In this document: in pieces, positions 1 through 9,388 of the stretch | Layout of the letters: each line of letters begins with the position of its first letter | Numbering within the stretch: position 1 is the stretch's first letter | Origin: Histomonas meleagridis 2922-C6/04-290x | Taxonomy: Eukaryota > Protista > Parabasalia | Reading direction: 5' to 3' | Assembly (NCBI GenBank): GCA_020184695.1 | Contig: JAANOX010000014.1 | Coordinates: 62,001 to 126,000, forward strand | Length of the DNA stretch: 64,000 nt | Position numbers and translations under genes: made by a program | The notes under the pieces: generated by a model | Databases searched by the model: none | Seen by the model: only the letters and a program-made list of their open reading frames with translations | Told to the model about the DNA's origin: nothing

Positions 1-1599
1 TAAATTTAATAATAAATAATATAATTGTAAATCACGTTTTTTTTCGATTAAATTAAATGCATTTTTGACAAAACCTTTCAAAGTTAACATAATAACTTCT
101 TCACCATTTTTATACATATTTAAAGCGAAATTCGAAATTAATTGTATCAATTTAAACTGATGTTCTTTAGTTACGTTATCATTTAATATTTCATTTGGTA
201 TTGTGAATATTAAAGGATGAAACAATAAATGAAAATGATCATCAATTAAAATCGAATATTTTATTATATTCTTTATACACATAAACAAATCAATAATAAA
301 ATATAAAAATGTATATATCGATTCTGGCTTTGTTAACTTCGATAATATTTTTAATGTTTCTTGACATGATAAACTTTCATTTACTGTTGATTTAGTTGCT
401 ATAGTTTTTATTAATTTGAAATGTTCCGCTAATAACTTTAATTCTTTTTGTTGGAAGATGGATGAAATATCTTCAACTTGTTGAATAACAGAAAATGAAT
501 TTTTTAATGTTTCCATTTCTTTAAATTGTATTATGTCATTAGTTTCGTTTGGTAATGGATAATTAATTGATGTGATTTCAGGTATTATTAAATTAGAAAT
601 CGGAAAGTTTTCTGTCGTCCATTGGACAAATGTTAATGAAGCTTGCGTATATAATGGATCATCAGATGTTGAAGACTTCATTAATATTGTCGAACATGAT
701 AAATATAAATTAAACATTTGTTCCTTTTGAAGAATTATTTCAGGTTTGTTTATCGACGAAAAAAATAAATAACAAATTTCACATAAATTTAATTTTTGTT
801 CGTATAAAAGTGTTTCGCAATTCTTTGTTTCATATTCAAGAAATTGTATCATTTGTGGTATAAAGCAAAGCTTAAAATGTGTTACAATATAATTAAAGAT
901 CGTAATGTAATATGAAAAAATTAAAGAGTTTTGAGTTGAATTAATTTCTTTCGTTAAATAGTCAAATGTTATGTCTAAAAAAACTTGGATTAAATGACTT
1001 AGTGGATGATTTTGGAGATTAAACAATGCGTCAACACGTTCTATTATTGGATTTAATATTGTTCCAATGATTACTAAAAAATCTGAAATCATCTTATTTG
1101 ATTTGGTGGTAAAAAATTTGAAGAAAAAAGGAAAGTAATTCCATAAAACTTGTGGAAATCGACTATCCTCCCACTCTAAATTGATGGCTTTGTCTAGTTC
1201 TTTGGAGAATTTATATGATATCATAATAAGAATTCGCATGATTACAATCTCAAGAAATTCTTTGATCGATGTTTCACTTGATTTCGGTACATAATCTGAC
1301 GCAAAACGTACAAGTTCAAGTTGTTGTATATCGATATTTTTATTAAGATTATACATTTTCCCAATGATTTTTATTTTCTTGGATTCTTCTTTGACGTTTT
1401 GAAGCTTCTTTTTTAAATCAGATAAATGAACACGATATAGTGAAACAGATTTAAATAATGAAAAAATTAATATATTCGAATTTTTCGCAAGCTTATCAAT
1501 GTCACTTTGGGAAAGCGGAAGTTGGCGAGTAAGGTAATCTGCATAAACATTAAAGACTGATCGAGAGGAGGCTGAATTTTGGGTATTTGCTTGTTTCAT
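1..1599 (-). CDS. Hypothetical helical protein, 3'-truncated by the window edge (>=533 aa)
   Basis: Hand translation from ATG at 1599 (MKQANTQNSASSRSVFNVYADYLTRQLPLSQSD...) stays open to position 1. It is absent from the ORF track because there is no stop in the window. No family motif recognised. Confidence 0.85.
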   Translation of the reverse strand, partial: MKQANTQNSASSRSVFNVYADYLTRQLPLSQSDIDKLAKNSNILIFSLFKSVSLYRVHLSDLKKKLQNVKEESKKIKIIGKMYNLNKNIDIQQLELVRFASDYVPKSSETSIKEFLEIVIMRILIMISYKFSKELDKAINLEWEDSRFPQVLWNYFPFFFKFFTTKSNKMISDFLVIIGTILNPIIERVDALFNLQNHPLSHLIQVFLDITFDYLTKEINSTQNSLIFSYYITIFNYIVTHFKLCFIPQMIQFLEYETKNCETLLYEQKLNLCEICYLFFSSINKPEIILQKEQMFNLYLSCSTILMKSSTSDDPLYTQASLTFVQWTTENFPISNLIIPEITSINYPLPNETNDIIQFKEMETLKNSFSVIQQVEDISSIFQQKELKLLAEHFKLIKTIATKSTVNESLSCQETLKILSKLTKPESIYTFLYFIIDLFMCIKNIIKYSILIDDHFHLLFHPLIFTIPNEILNDNVTKEHQFKLIQLISNFALNMYKNGEEVIMLTLKGFVKNAFNLIEKKRDLQLYYLLLNL

Positions 1600-1889
1600 C
1601 AATCTTTGTAAGTTAACGGGTTCTAACCGTCAGATCTGATCGAAATCAAGTAAACCAATCAAATTTATTTTCGGTTATAAGCTGAAGACCGTTAAATTTG
1701 TCAGAATTTTTCTATCGTGCGTCAAAAAGTTTTTCGTCTCTATGAATACCCATTTGAAGGAAAATTTGTGTATAAAACACAGAAGAAATTTAATTTTAAA
1801 TTAAGAAGAATTCTTCTTAAAATTTACATCAAAACAATTATTGAATTCATTTACGTTTATTTAAAAATTTATTCTTTTTTATTTTTAGT

Positions 1890-4800
1890 TCAATGTATTA
1901 ACAATTGATCTTCATCATGCCTAATTACATTATTAAATTCATCATCAATATGTATTGTTTGCTTTTCGTTGTCTGATGAAGACTCAGAAAGGATTTCAGT
2001 AGTTTTGCTTGGAATTTTCTTACTTCTTCGAATTGTAAATATTATTATTCCAATGATCAATAAAACAGTGATAACCGAACCACAGATAATTCCTATTAAT
2101 GCATTTGTTGAAATCTTTTTAGTTGGCTGAGATTGAGTTTGATAATATGTAAACATTATCAAAGAATAATCTAAGTTATAGAAAGAATACTGAATAATTG
2201 TGTATTCATAATGAATTATTTCTGTAGAGATAAAAGAGTCAAGTGTATTATATAATAAGGAATGTGTTAAATACATTGTGTAAACAGAATATGATTGAGT
2301 TAAATATATATAAAATGTAAATGTATACGAATATGGATAAGTTATTATTGTATTTGACTTAGTGAATGTATTTGATTTAGTGAATGTATTTGATTTCGAA
2401 AATGTATTTGTAAATGTGTTTGTATATGTATTCGACTTTGTAAATGTGTGTGTTGACCATGGATATTGATCACATTCACCAAATGCTGTTCCTTTGGATA
2501 TGTTAAGTTCTCCAAATGTTTCATTTTGATATAAATCGGATGTCATAATATATTGATTTTCAATATTATCAAAAGCATTATCTGCTACATTTGGAGTTAT
2601 ATAACCTAAAAAGTAAATACATGTGAGATTGCTGCATTGTGTAAATGCTTCTTTTTCAATAGAATTCACATTTTGACCAATAATAACTGTTCCTAATGAA
2701 GAACAATATTGAAATGCACGAGATTCAATCCTTGTTACTGAATCAGGAATTGTTATGTTTGTTAATGATAAACAATAAGAAAAAGCATTATTCCCAATAG
2801 AATTCACATTTTGACCAATAATTACTGTTTCTAATGAGGAACAATATTGAAATGCACTAGATTCAAATGTTTCGACTGAATCAGGAATTGTTATATTTGT
2901 TAATAATGTGCAATAAGAAAATGCTGAATCTTTAATAGAATTCACATTTTGACCAATAATAACGATGCTTAAATTAGAACAATGTTGAAATACACTCTCT
3001 CCAATTGTTTCAACTGAATCAGGAATTGTTATATTTGTTAATGATGTGCAATAAGAGAATGCATAATTCCCAATATAACTTACATTTTGACCAACAATAA
3101 CTGTTCTTAATGAAGAACAATATTGAAATGCACGAGATTCAATCCTTGTTACTGAATCAGGAATTGTTATGTTTGTTAATGATAAACAATAAGAAAAAGC
3201 ATTATTCCCAATAGAATTCACATTTTGACCAATAATTACTGTTTCTAATGAGGAACAATATTGAAATGCACGAGATTCAATCCTTGTTACTGAATCAGGA
3301 ATTGTTATGTTTGTTAATGATAAACAATAAGAAAAAGCATTATTCCCAATAGAATTCACATTTTGACCAATAATTACTGTTTCTAATGAGGAACAATATT
3401 GAAATGCACCAGATTCAATCCTTGTTACTGAATCAGGAATTGTTATGTTTGTTAATGATAAACAATAAGAAAAAGCATTATTCCCAATAGAATTCACATT
3501 TTGACCAATAATTACTGTTTCTAATGAGGAACAATATTGAAATGCACCAGATTCAATCGTTGTTACTGAGTCAGGAATTGTTATGTTTATTAATGAGGAA
3601 CATTTAGAAAATGCTGAAGCTCCAATAGAATTTACTTTATCTCCAAAGATAACATTTTCTAAATTAATACATTCTTCAAAAGAATATGATCCAATTGTTG
3701 TTATATTTTCACCGATATAAACTATTTTTAATGTTGTCCACTGTTTAAATGCTGTATTTCCAATTTTCATAAGTGAATCTGAGATTTTTATTGTATCATT
3801 TAATCTTCCTAATGGATAATAAACAATTTCCGTATAATTTTTATCATAAAGAATTCCATCTCGTTCAGAATAATATGAATTATCTTGAGATACATTAATA
3901 AAATAAAGTTTAGTACAATTAGCAAATACATTTTGTTCAATAGTATAAACTGATTTAGGAATTGTAATAATTTGTAATGAAATACATGAAAAAAATGCAT
4001 ATTCACCAATAAAATTTACATTTTCTCCAATAATAATATTTTCTAATTTAATACATGAAGAAAATGCAGAATTTTGAATTGATGTAACAGAATTTGGAAT
4101 CGTTATATTTATCAATGAAGAACATGATGAAAATGCATTACTTCCAATCGTTATTACATTATTTCCAATAGCAACATCAATTAATTTAATACAATTAGAA
4201 AATGCATTACTTCCAATCGTTTCGACAGATTCACCAATAAATACTGTTTCAAGATTTTGACATTTATCAAAAGCATTGGACCCAATCGATATAATCGTAT
4301 TCCCTATATCAACAGAAATTAAAGAAGGCCATTCTGAAAATGAGTTGGAATATATTGTATTAATTCCTCCTTGAATTATGAGATATTTTGTATCCTGTTT
4401 ATATGTAGATCTTGTATTATAATCATTTAAATTAATTATTGTAAGTGTTTTAGTATTTCCATCATATGCTGAAAATATTTGTTCAAAAAAGAAAATGAAT
4501 AAAAGTGGTAAAATTTTAAATTTGCTTTTCTCTTTTGAAACAATATGAATAATTAATAATAAATAAGTTTTTAACATTAAAAATAAGATAAGAAAAACTA
4601 TAGCAATAAATAAAATATTTGACAAAATTTTTTTGCATACGAAAGAAATTAAATTTAAAGAATTTTGACTAACATGCTGAAAACCATGACAAAATGAACC
4701 ATTGATATTGGGAAGAGATATAACAGATTTTCTAGTTTCACATAAAATTTGAAGATATAAATCATATTTAGTTATAGTTATAATTTTTTGAACCAATGCA

Positions 4801-4898
4801 CCATCCTTTGAATAAAGGTTATTTAAAACATCTGGAATGTAGTGTAATGTTTGCATATACGTTAAAAATAACAGGATGCGCGGAGAAACACCTTTCAT
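1890..4898 (-). CDS. BspA-like (TpLRR/LRR_5) leucine-rich-repeat type I membrane surface protein
   Basis: Many 23-aa repeats of the form L..I.IP.SV..I...AF..C, a Thr/Ser-rich stalk (SNTFTK repeats), a C-terminal TM helix (ALIGIICGSVITVLLIIGIIIFTI) and a charged tail. The true start is probably downstream, e.g. ATG at 4577. Confidence 0.92.
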   Translation of the reverse strand: MKGVSPRILLFLTYMQTLHYIPDVLNNLYSKDGALVQKIITITKYDLYLQILCETRKSVISLPNINGSFCHGFQHVSQNSLNLISFVCKKILSNILFIAIVFLILFLMLKTYLLLIIHIVSKEKSKFKILPLLFIFFFEQIFSAYDGNTKTLTIINLNDYNTRSTYKQDTKYLIIQGGINTIYSNSFSEWPSLISVDIGNTIISIGSNAFDKCQNLETVFIGESVETIGSNAFSNCIKLIDVAIGNNVITIGSNAFSSCSSLINITIPNSVTSIQNSAFSSCIKLENIIIGENVNFIGEYAFFSCISLQIITIPKSVYTIEQNVFANCTKLYFINVSQDNSYYSERDGILYDKNYTEIVYYPLGRLNDTIKISDSLMKIGNTAFKQWTTLKIVYIGENITTIGSYSFEECINLENVIFGDKVNSIGASAFSKCSSLINITIPDSVTTIESGAFQYCSSLETVIIGQNVNSIGNNAFSYCLSLTNITIPDSVTRIESGAFQYCSSLETVIIGQNVNSIGNNAFSYCLSLTNITIPDSVTRIESRAFQYCSSLETVIIGQNVNSIGNNAFSYCLSLTNITIPDSVTRIESRAFQYCSSLRTVIVGQNVSYIGNYAFSYCTSLTNITIPDSVETIGESVFQHCSNLSIVIIGQNVNSIKDSAFSYCTLLTNITIPDSVETFESSAFQYCSSLETVIIGQNVNSIGNNAFSYCLSLTNITIPDSVTRIESRAFQYCSSLGTVIIGQNVNSIEKEAFTQCSNLTCIYFLGYITPNVADNAFDNIENQYIMTSDLYQNETFGELNISKGTAFGECDQYPWSTHTFTKSNTYTNTFTNTFSKSNTFTKSNTFTKSNTIITYPYSYTFTFYIYLTQSYSVYTMYLTHSLLYNTLDSFISTEIIHYEYTIIQYSFYNLDYSLIMFTYYQTQSQPTKKISTNALIGIICGSVITVLLIIGIIIFTIRRSKKIPSKTTEILSESSSDNEKQTIHIDDEFNNVIRHDEDQLLIH
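2700..3570 (-). repeat. 138-nt (46-aa, two-LRR) near-identical tandem units inside the BspA gene
   Basis: The anchor TATTGAAATG (or a one-base variant) recurs at 2707, 2845, 2983, 3121, 3259, 3397 and 3535, an exact 138-nt spacing. Confidence 0.9.
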
Positions 4899-4987
4899 AA
4901 CCGAAATAGCTTAATACAAAAGTTGAGGTTTAACATTGAAACTTCAACCACATGTATTGAAAAAGTTATTTCGATTTTTTCTTGGTG

Positions 4988-5062
4988 ATATGTTATACAT
5001 AAATATATTATACATTAATATGTTATACATGAATATGTTATACATAAATATGTTCTACATAT
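4988..5062. repeat. 15-nt minisatellite (AATATGTTATACATN x ~5)
   Basis: Direct reading: tatgttatacat / tatattatacat / tatgttatacat / tatgttatacat / tatgttctacat. Confidence 0.8.
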
Positions 5063-5271
5063 GTGAATATATTATTATAGAATGAATAAATGTAATTAAT
5101 TAATTAATGAGTACTTATTGACATATTCTGATTTCATTCGAATAATTTTTGACGGAAAATATAAATCATTCAAATACAAATTGAATAAGAATTTTCCTTG
5201 AATTTCATTCTCCTTTCAATTTTTTCAATATCGCACAAAAATTCGTGAAAAGTAGAATAGTATGTCACTTT

Positions 5272-5451
5272 CTATTCCTGTAAAATCGTTCGTTTGAAGT
5301 TTCGAACTTTCAAATAACCTATTTGATGTCATTTTGAATTTTGAGAAAAGGGTATCATTCGATTTCTCTCACTGTAACGGAGCTAAAGGCGAATTTTCAG
5401 CAAAAATAGAACTCTCCATCAAAAAACAAAAAAAATTCACCTTCGACGGGA
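5272..5451 (-). repeat. Diverged copy of the tRNA-Lys 3' end plus the 5' end of the adjacent element ORF
   Basis: 5438-5451 is identical to 12552-12565 (TCCCGTCGAAGGTG on the minus strand). 5272-5437 aligns with 12388-12551 and translates as MESSIFAENSPLAPLQ*EKSNDTLFSKFKMTSNRLFESSKLQTNDFTGIE versus MESSIFAENSSLAPLQGEKSNDIFSLKFEFSSDRLFGNSKLQTNNFTGIE. Confidence 0.92.
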
Positions 5452-5577
5452 CTTGTTTATTCATTATCGTATGTTATTAGAGATATTATCTTTAATTATA
5501 GACGCGTCCGCCTTATTCTACTTCATTTTGACTCTTGTTTTATTCGTAAACCAAATCTCGTCGGTTTTTTGAGAACT

Positions 5578-5886
5578 TTATTGATTGTCATGTTGGGGAT
5601 GCCCTAACCCATCCTCAACATTATCGTCAACAAGTTCTTCTTGATTTACACCAACATCTTCTTGTAAATCATCGATTGAATCTTCTTCATCTGATGATGT
5701 TGGCTGAATGTTAATAGTAGTATCATTTGCTGCACATTATTCTCTTTAAAACTCTTATATAATAACAACATAGATTCTCTTAAAGCAGCTACTGAACATC
5801 TTTTTGCTACTAATCTCGCTGTTCTTTCATTATTATATAATAGTTTTAATTCATGAAATGTTTCTTCGGTAATTGCACCTAACGAG
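5578..5886 (-). pseudogene. C-terminal remnant of an RLE-like ORF with acidic tail
   Basis: SLGAITEETFHELKLLYNNERTARLVAKRCSVAALRESMLLLYKSFKENN, then a frameshift to AANDTTINIQPTSSDEEDSIDDLQEDVGVNQEELVDDNVEDGLGHPQHDNQ*. It is cut off upstream by the MULE TIR. Confidence 0.55.
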
Positions 5887-6545
5887 GGTAATACGTAACC
5901 TGTACGCACTTTTTGCGGTTATCGCCTCAATTTCCCACTTTTTGAACGGCCTGACATCCTAACCGTTCGGAAACACGAAAATACGAAACACATTAAAACA
6001 AATGTATGAATTAGAAAATTCTGAATATAACAAATTATAGTATATGCAGTACTTATTAGCATATTAAAATATTTTTGAAAAATAATCTAGTTTTATCTAA
6101 ATATAAGCATTAGAAAAAAATTGTCTTATTTTATAAAATAAATATTATGAATCGAAAGTACATAATGAAAAACATATAACAGTATATTTTGTTTTTTTAA
6201 ATATTTTGTTTATAAGCTTGTTTTTAAGTGTTTTGTTTCGCATATTTTTGAAAGAGTATTCAAATTCAATGGGTATTCAATGATTTCTGAGTGTTGTTTT
6301 TTCCCTCTGAAAATATGGTGCTCAAATTCTGAGAGCATTCAATTCCATTTATTATAAATTAAAATTAAAATATCTTGATATACTATTTACTTTAATCAAC
6401 AAAAAATGAATATTATGTTGTAATATTATATATTAGTAAATTTAATATAATATAATATTGCAATTAATAGAATTCTTGTGCATTCATTGTTCAATCTTTG
6501 TTTGCTCATTGTTTGTTCTCATTTATTCTGGTTTGTTTTTTTAAT
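5887..6545 (+). repeat. Left long TIR of the MULE
   Basis: Reverse-complement match to 8697-9359 with scattered mismatches, e.g. GTACGCACTTTTTGCGGTTATCGCCTCAATTTCCCAC at both ends. Confidence 0.95.
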
Positions 6546-7490
6546 TTATTCATATATATACATATTTATTCATTTTATATTTTTATTTGTTCATCGTTTA
6601 TTCTTATTTATTCTTTGATTATTTTCATTAATCCAGTGATTATATTCATTATTTTATTGTTTATTCTTGTTTATTCATTGATCATATTTATTAATTCATT
6701 GATAATTCATCATTTATTCTTATTTGTTCATTATTTTTCTCAAATATTCATTGTTTATTCTTGTTTATTCATTAATTAATCTGTTTATTCATAATTTATT
6801 CTCATCAATTCATTTGTAATATTTTTTCTCATTGTTATTCATCTTTTATTCATGTTTTAGATGTTTAAGATGTTTTATCATTTTTACCCAATAATCATTA
6901 ATGTTAAATATATTTTTTTATTATTATTCACTAAATTTTAATGTTTAATGCATATTCTCATTGTTATTCATGATGTGTTCATAGTTGATATGTTTTCACA
7001 ATATTATTCAATACATATTCATGCAATATATTATATCATTATTTTTTTATTGTTTATTAATATTTTATATATTTTTTATTATCATTATTTTTCATGTTCA
7101 TATGATTTTTTCTTTTTATTCTTTGTTTTTGATTATGAATAGATTTTATCATTGTTTTGCATATTTTATTAATGTTTAATATGTTTTCTCGTTTCCATTT
7201 CTCCTTTATTTATGTTCAATATTTTTTTAATTTATTTTTTATTTCATATAATGCACTTTTTATTGTTCTGATTCATTATTTTTTCATTGTGTGTGTTTGT
7301 TTTCTCTTTCTTTCATTACTTGTAATGTTAATGCGTTTTTTCTTTACTAATATAATCTTTTTTATCTTTCAATATTATATTTTTTTAATATTTTTTGATA
7401 TTTTTTATTATTATTAATTCGTATTTCTATTTTTAATTCTTATTCAAGTGTTTAATCTTTTTTAATTATCTTAATTTTTCTATTGTTAAT
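6545..7490. repeat. Low-complexity T-rich subterminal region (TTATTC/TTGTT-type degenerate repeats)
   Basis: Visible degenerate short repeats, with an A-rich mirror at ~8480-8700. Accounts for the spurious hydrophobic ORFs in the track. Confidence 0.7.
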
Positions 7491-7498
7491 TTTCATTT

Positions 7499-8471
7499 TT
7501 ATTTCTTGGCGATTTCTTTATTGTTTATTATGATATAATTGCTTTTTGTTATTTCAAATATTGGAACAATAATTTTAATATTCTTAAATATATTAGTATT
7601 ATCTAAGATTGAAAAATATGTTATATTTTCTTTGCTGATAGCATTGTCAAATAAAGGATATTTCCTAGAATTATCAATGCATCTACAAAATTTAGTTACC
7701 TCATTATGTTCTATTTCTTTAGTAAAATCAGGATAAATATGGTTTTCAGATAATTTTGAATTATTATATGTATTTTTATATTCACCTTCCATTTTAACAA
7801 TTTCTGAATAGAAGCTTAAAATTGTAGGACACTTCATTAGTTTGGAGTTAATTTTTTTATTGAAGCTTTCATTTATATTATGAGTTGCTCTGTGACTCAT
7901 AATTTTTTCACTAATATTCCAATCATTATTTATATCAAATTTTTTTGTATAAGTTGAAATAAAGTAATCAACAAACTCTGAAGATTCTTTTGAAAAATAT
8001 GATATCTTTGGAAGAAATAAAATTACCTTTTTAGCACATTCTATGTCAATAAGTGGTAATAATTTTATTAATTTATAAAGTTGCTGAGTAAAAAAACGAA
8101 ATCTTTTGGATAAGATTGATAATAATTTTTCGCGAATAGCTTTGCAAAAATGAAAATAACATAATTGTATAGAGTTTGAATTTGTTACAAATATGTTCTT
8201 TATTGCATTGATTTCAGCTAATTCAAAATCACGAATGAATTTTACATTTTGATGAAACTTAATATTAAGGTATTTTTAGTGCATTTAAATATGTTTTGAA
8301 TGCTAATAAATATGTTTTGCTATTTTTGTTTGGCAAAATCAAATATAATAATGGAATATTTAAAAAACGAGATATTCCAATGAAAATGCATACCTGATAA
8401 AATCCATTCGGCGCTGGATGGAAAGTACCATCTATGCCAATTATTTTGCATTCGCATACACGTTGTAACAT
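7499..8471 (-). pseudogene. MULE DDE transposase remnant (frameshifted, N-terminus missing)
   Basis: IIGIDGTFHPAPNGFYQV...IPLLYLILPNKNSKTY (8265-8471); after a frameshift, RDFELAEINAIKNIF...LCYFHFCKAIREKL (~8110-8240); then THNINESFNKKIN (7499-7900 ORF). This gives the D-D-E triad plus the CxxH motif. Confidence 0.9.
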
Positions 8472-8696
8472 AAAATGAGAATTATAAACAAGAATTAGTG
8501 ATAATAAATATAAGCAAACAAATGAATAACTAAATGAGAATAATCAATGAAAAATCAAGAACAAACAATAAACAAAAGATAAATAAACAAGAATAAGCAA
8601 TAATTAAGCAGAATAAATTATGAATAAATGATAATAAACGAGAACAAACAAGAATTATTTGAAAAAATGAACAAGAATAAGCAAGAATAAATATAA

Positions 8697-9359
8697 ATGA
8701 ATTAAAAAAACAAACCAGAATAAATGAGAACAAACAATGAGCAAACAAAGATTGAACAATGAATGCACAAGAATTCTATTAATTGCAATATTATATTATA
8801 TTAAATTTACTAATATATAATATTACAACATAATATTCATTTTTTGTTGATTAAAGTAAATAGTATATCAAGATATTTTAATTTTAATTTATAATAAATG
8901 GAATTGAATGCTCTCAGAATTTGAGCACCATATTTTCAGAGGGAAAAAACAACACTCAGAAATCATTGAATACCCATTGAATTTGAATACTCTTTCAAAA
9001 ATATGCGAAACAAAACACTTAAAAACAAGCTTATAAACAAAATATTTAAAAAAACAAAATATACTGTTATATGTTTTTCATTATGTACTTTCGATTCATA
9101 ATATTTATTTTAAAAAATAAGACAATTTTTTTCTAATGCTTATATCTCGATAAAAATAGAATATTTTTCAAAAATATTTCAATATGCTAATAAGTACTGC
9201 ATATACTATAATTTGTTATATTCAGAATTTTCTAATTCATACATTTGTTTTAATGTGTTTCGTATTTTCGTGTTTCCGAACGGTTAGGATGTCAGGCCGT
9301 TCAAAAAGTGGGAAATTGAGGCGATAACCGCAAAAAGTGCGTACAGATTACGCATTTCC
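8697..9359 (-). repeat. Right long TIR of the MULE
   Basis: Inverted copy of 5887-6545. Confidence 0.95.
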
Positions 9360-9388
9360 TGTGTTTTATATTTTAATACTATAATCCT

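Larger units (their letters stand above)
5887..9359 (-). mobile_element. Mutator-like (MULE) DNA transposon, internally deleted and non-autonomous
   Basis: ~660-bp terminal inverted repeats and a transposase remnant with DGTF, DFE, CxFH and NESFN motifs. No matching 9-bp TSD. Confidence 0.9.

Noticed and set aside
5750-5890. hAT transposase dimerisation domain for SLGAITEETFHELK
   Set aside because: Only a loose E..F..LK resemblance; the SLGA and KRCS.AAL.ES pattern and the terminal position fit the RLE C-terminus better. Needs an HMM test.
6498-7417. Hydrophobic membrane-protein ORFs (also 8530-8748)
   Set aside because: Artefacts of T-rich low-complexity MULE subterminal DNA; the same N-terminus appears twice only because of the TIRs.
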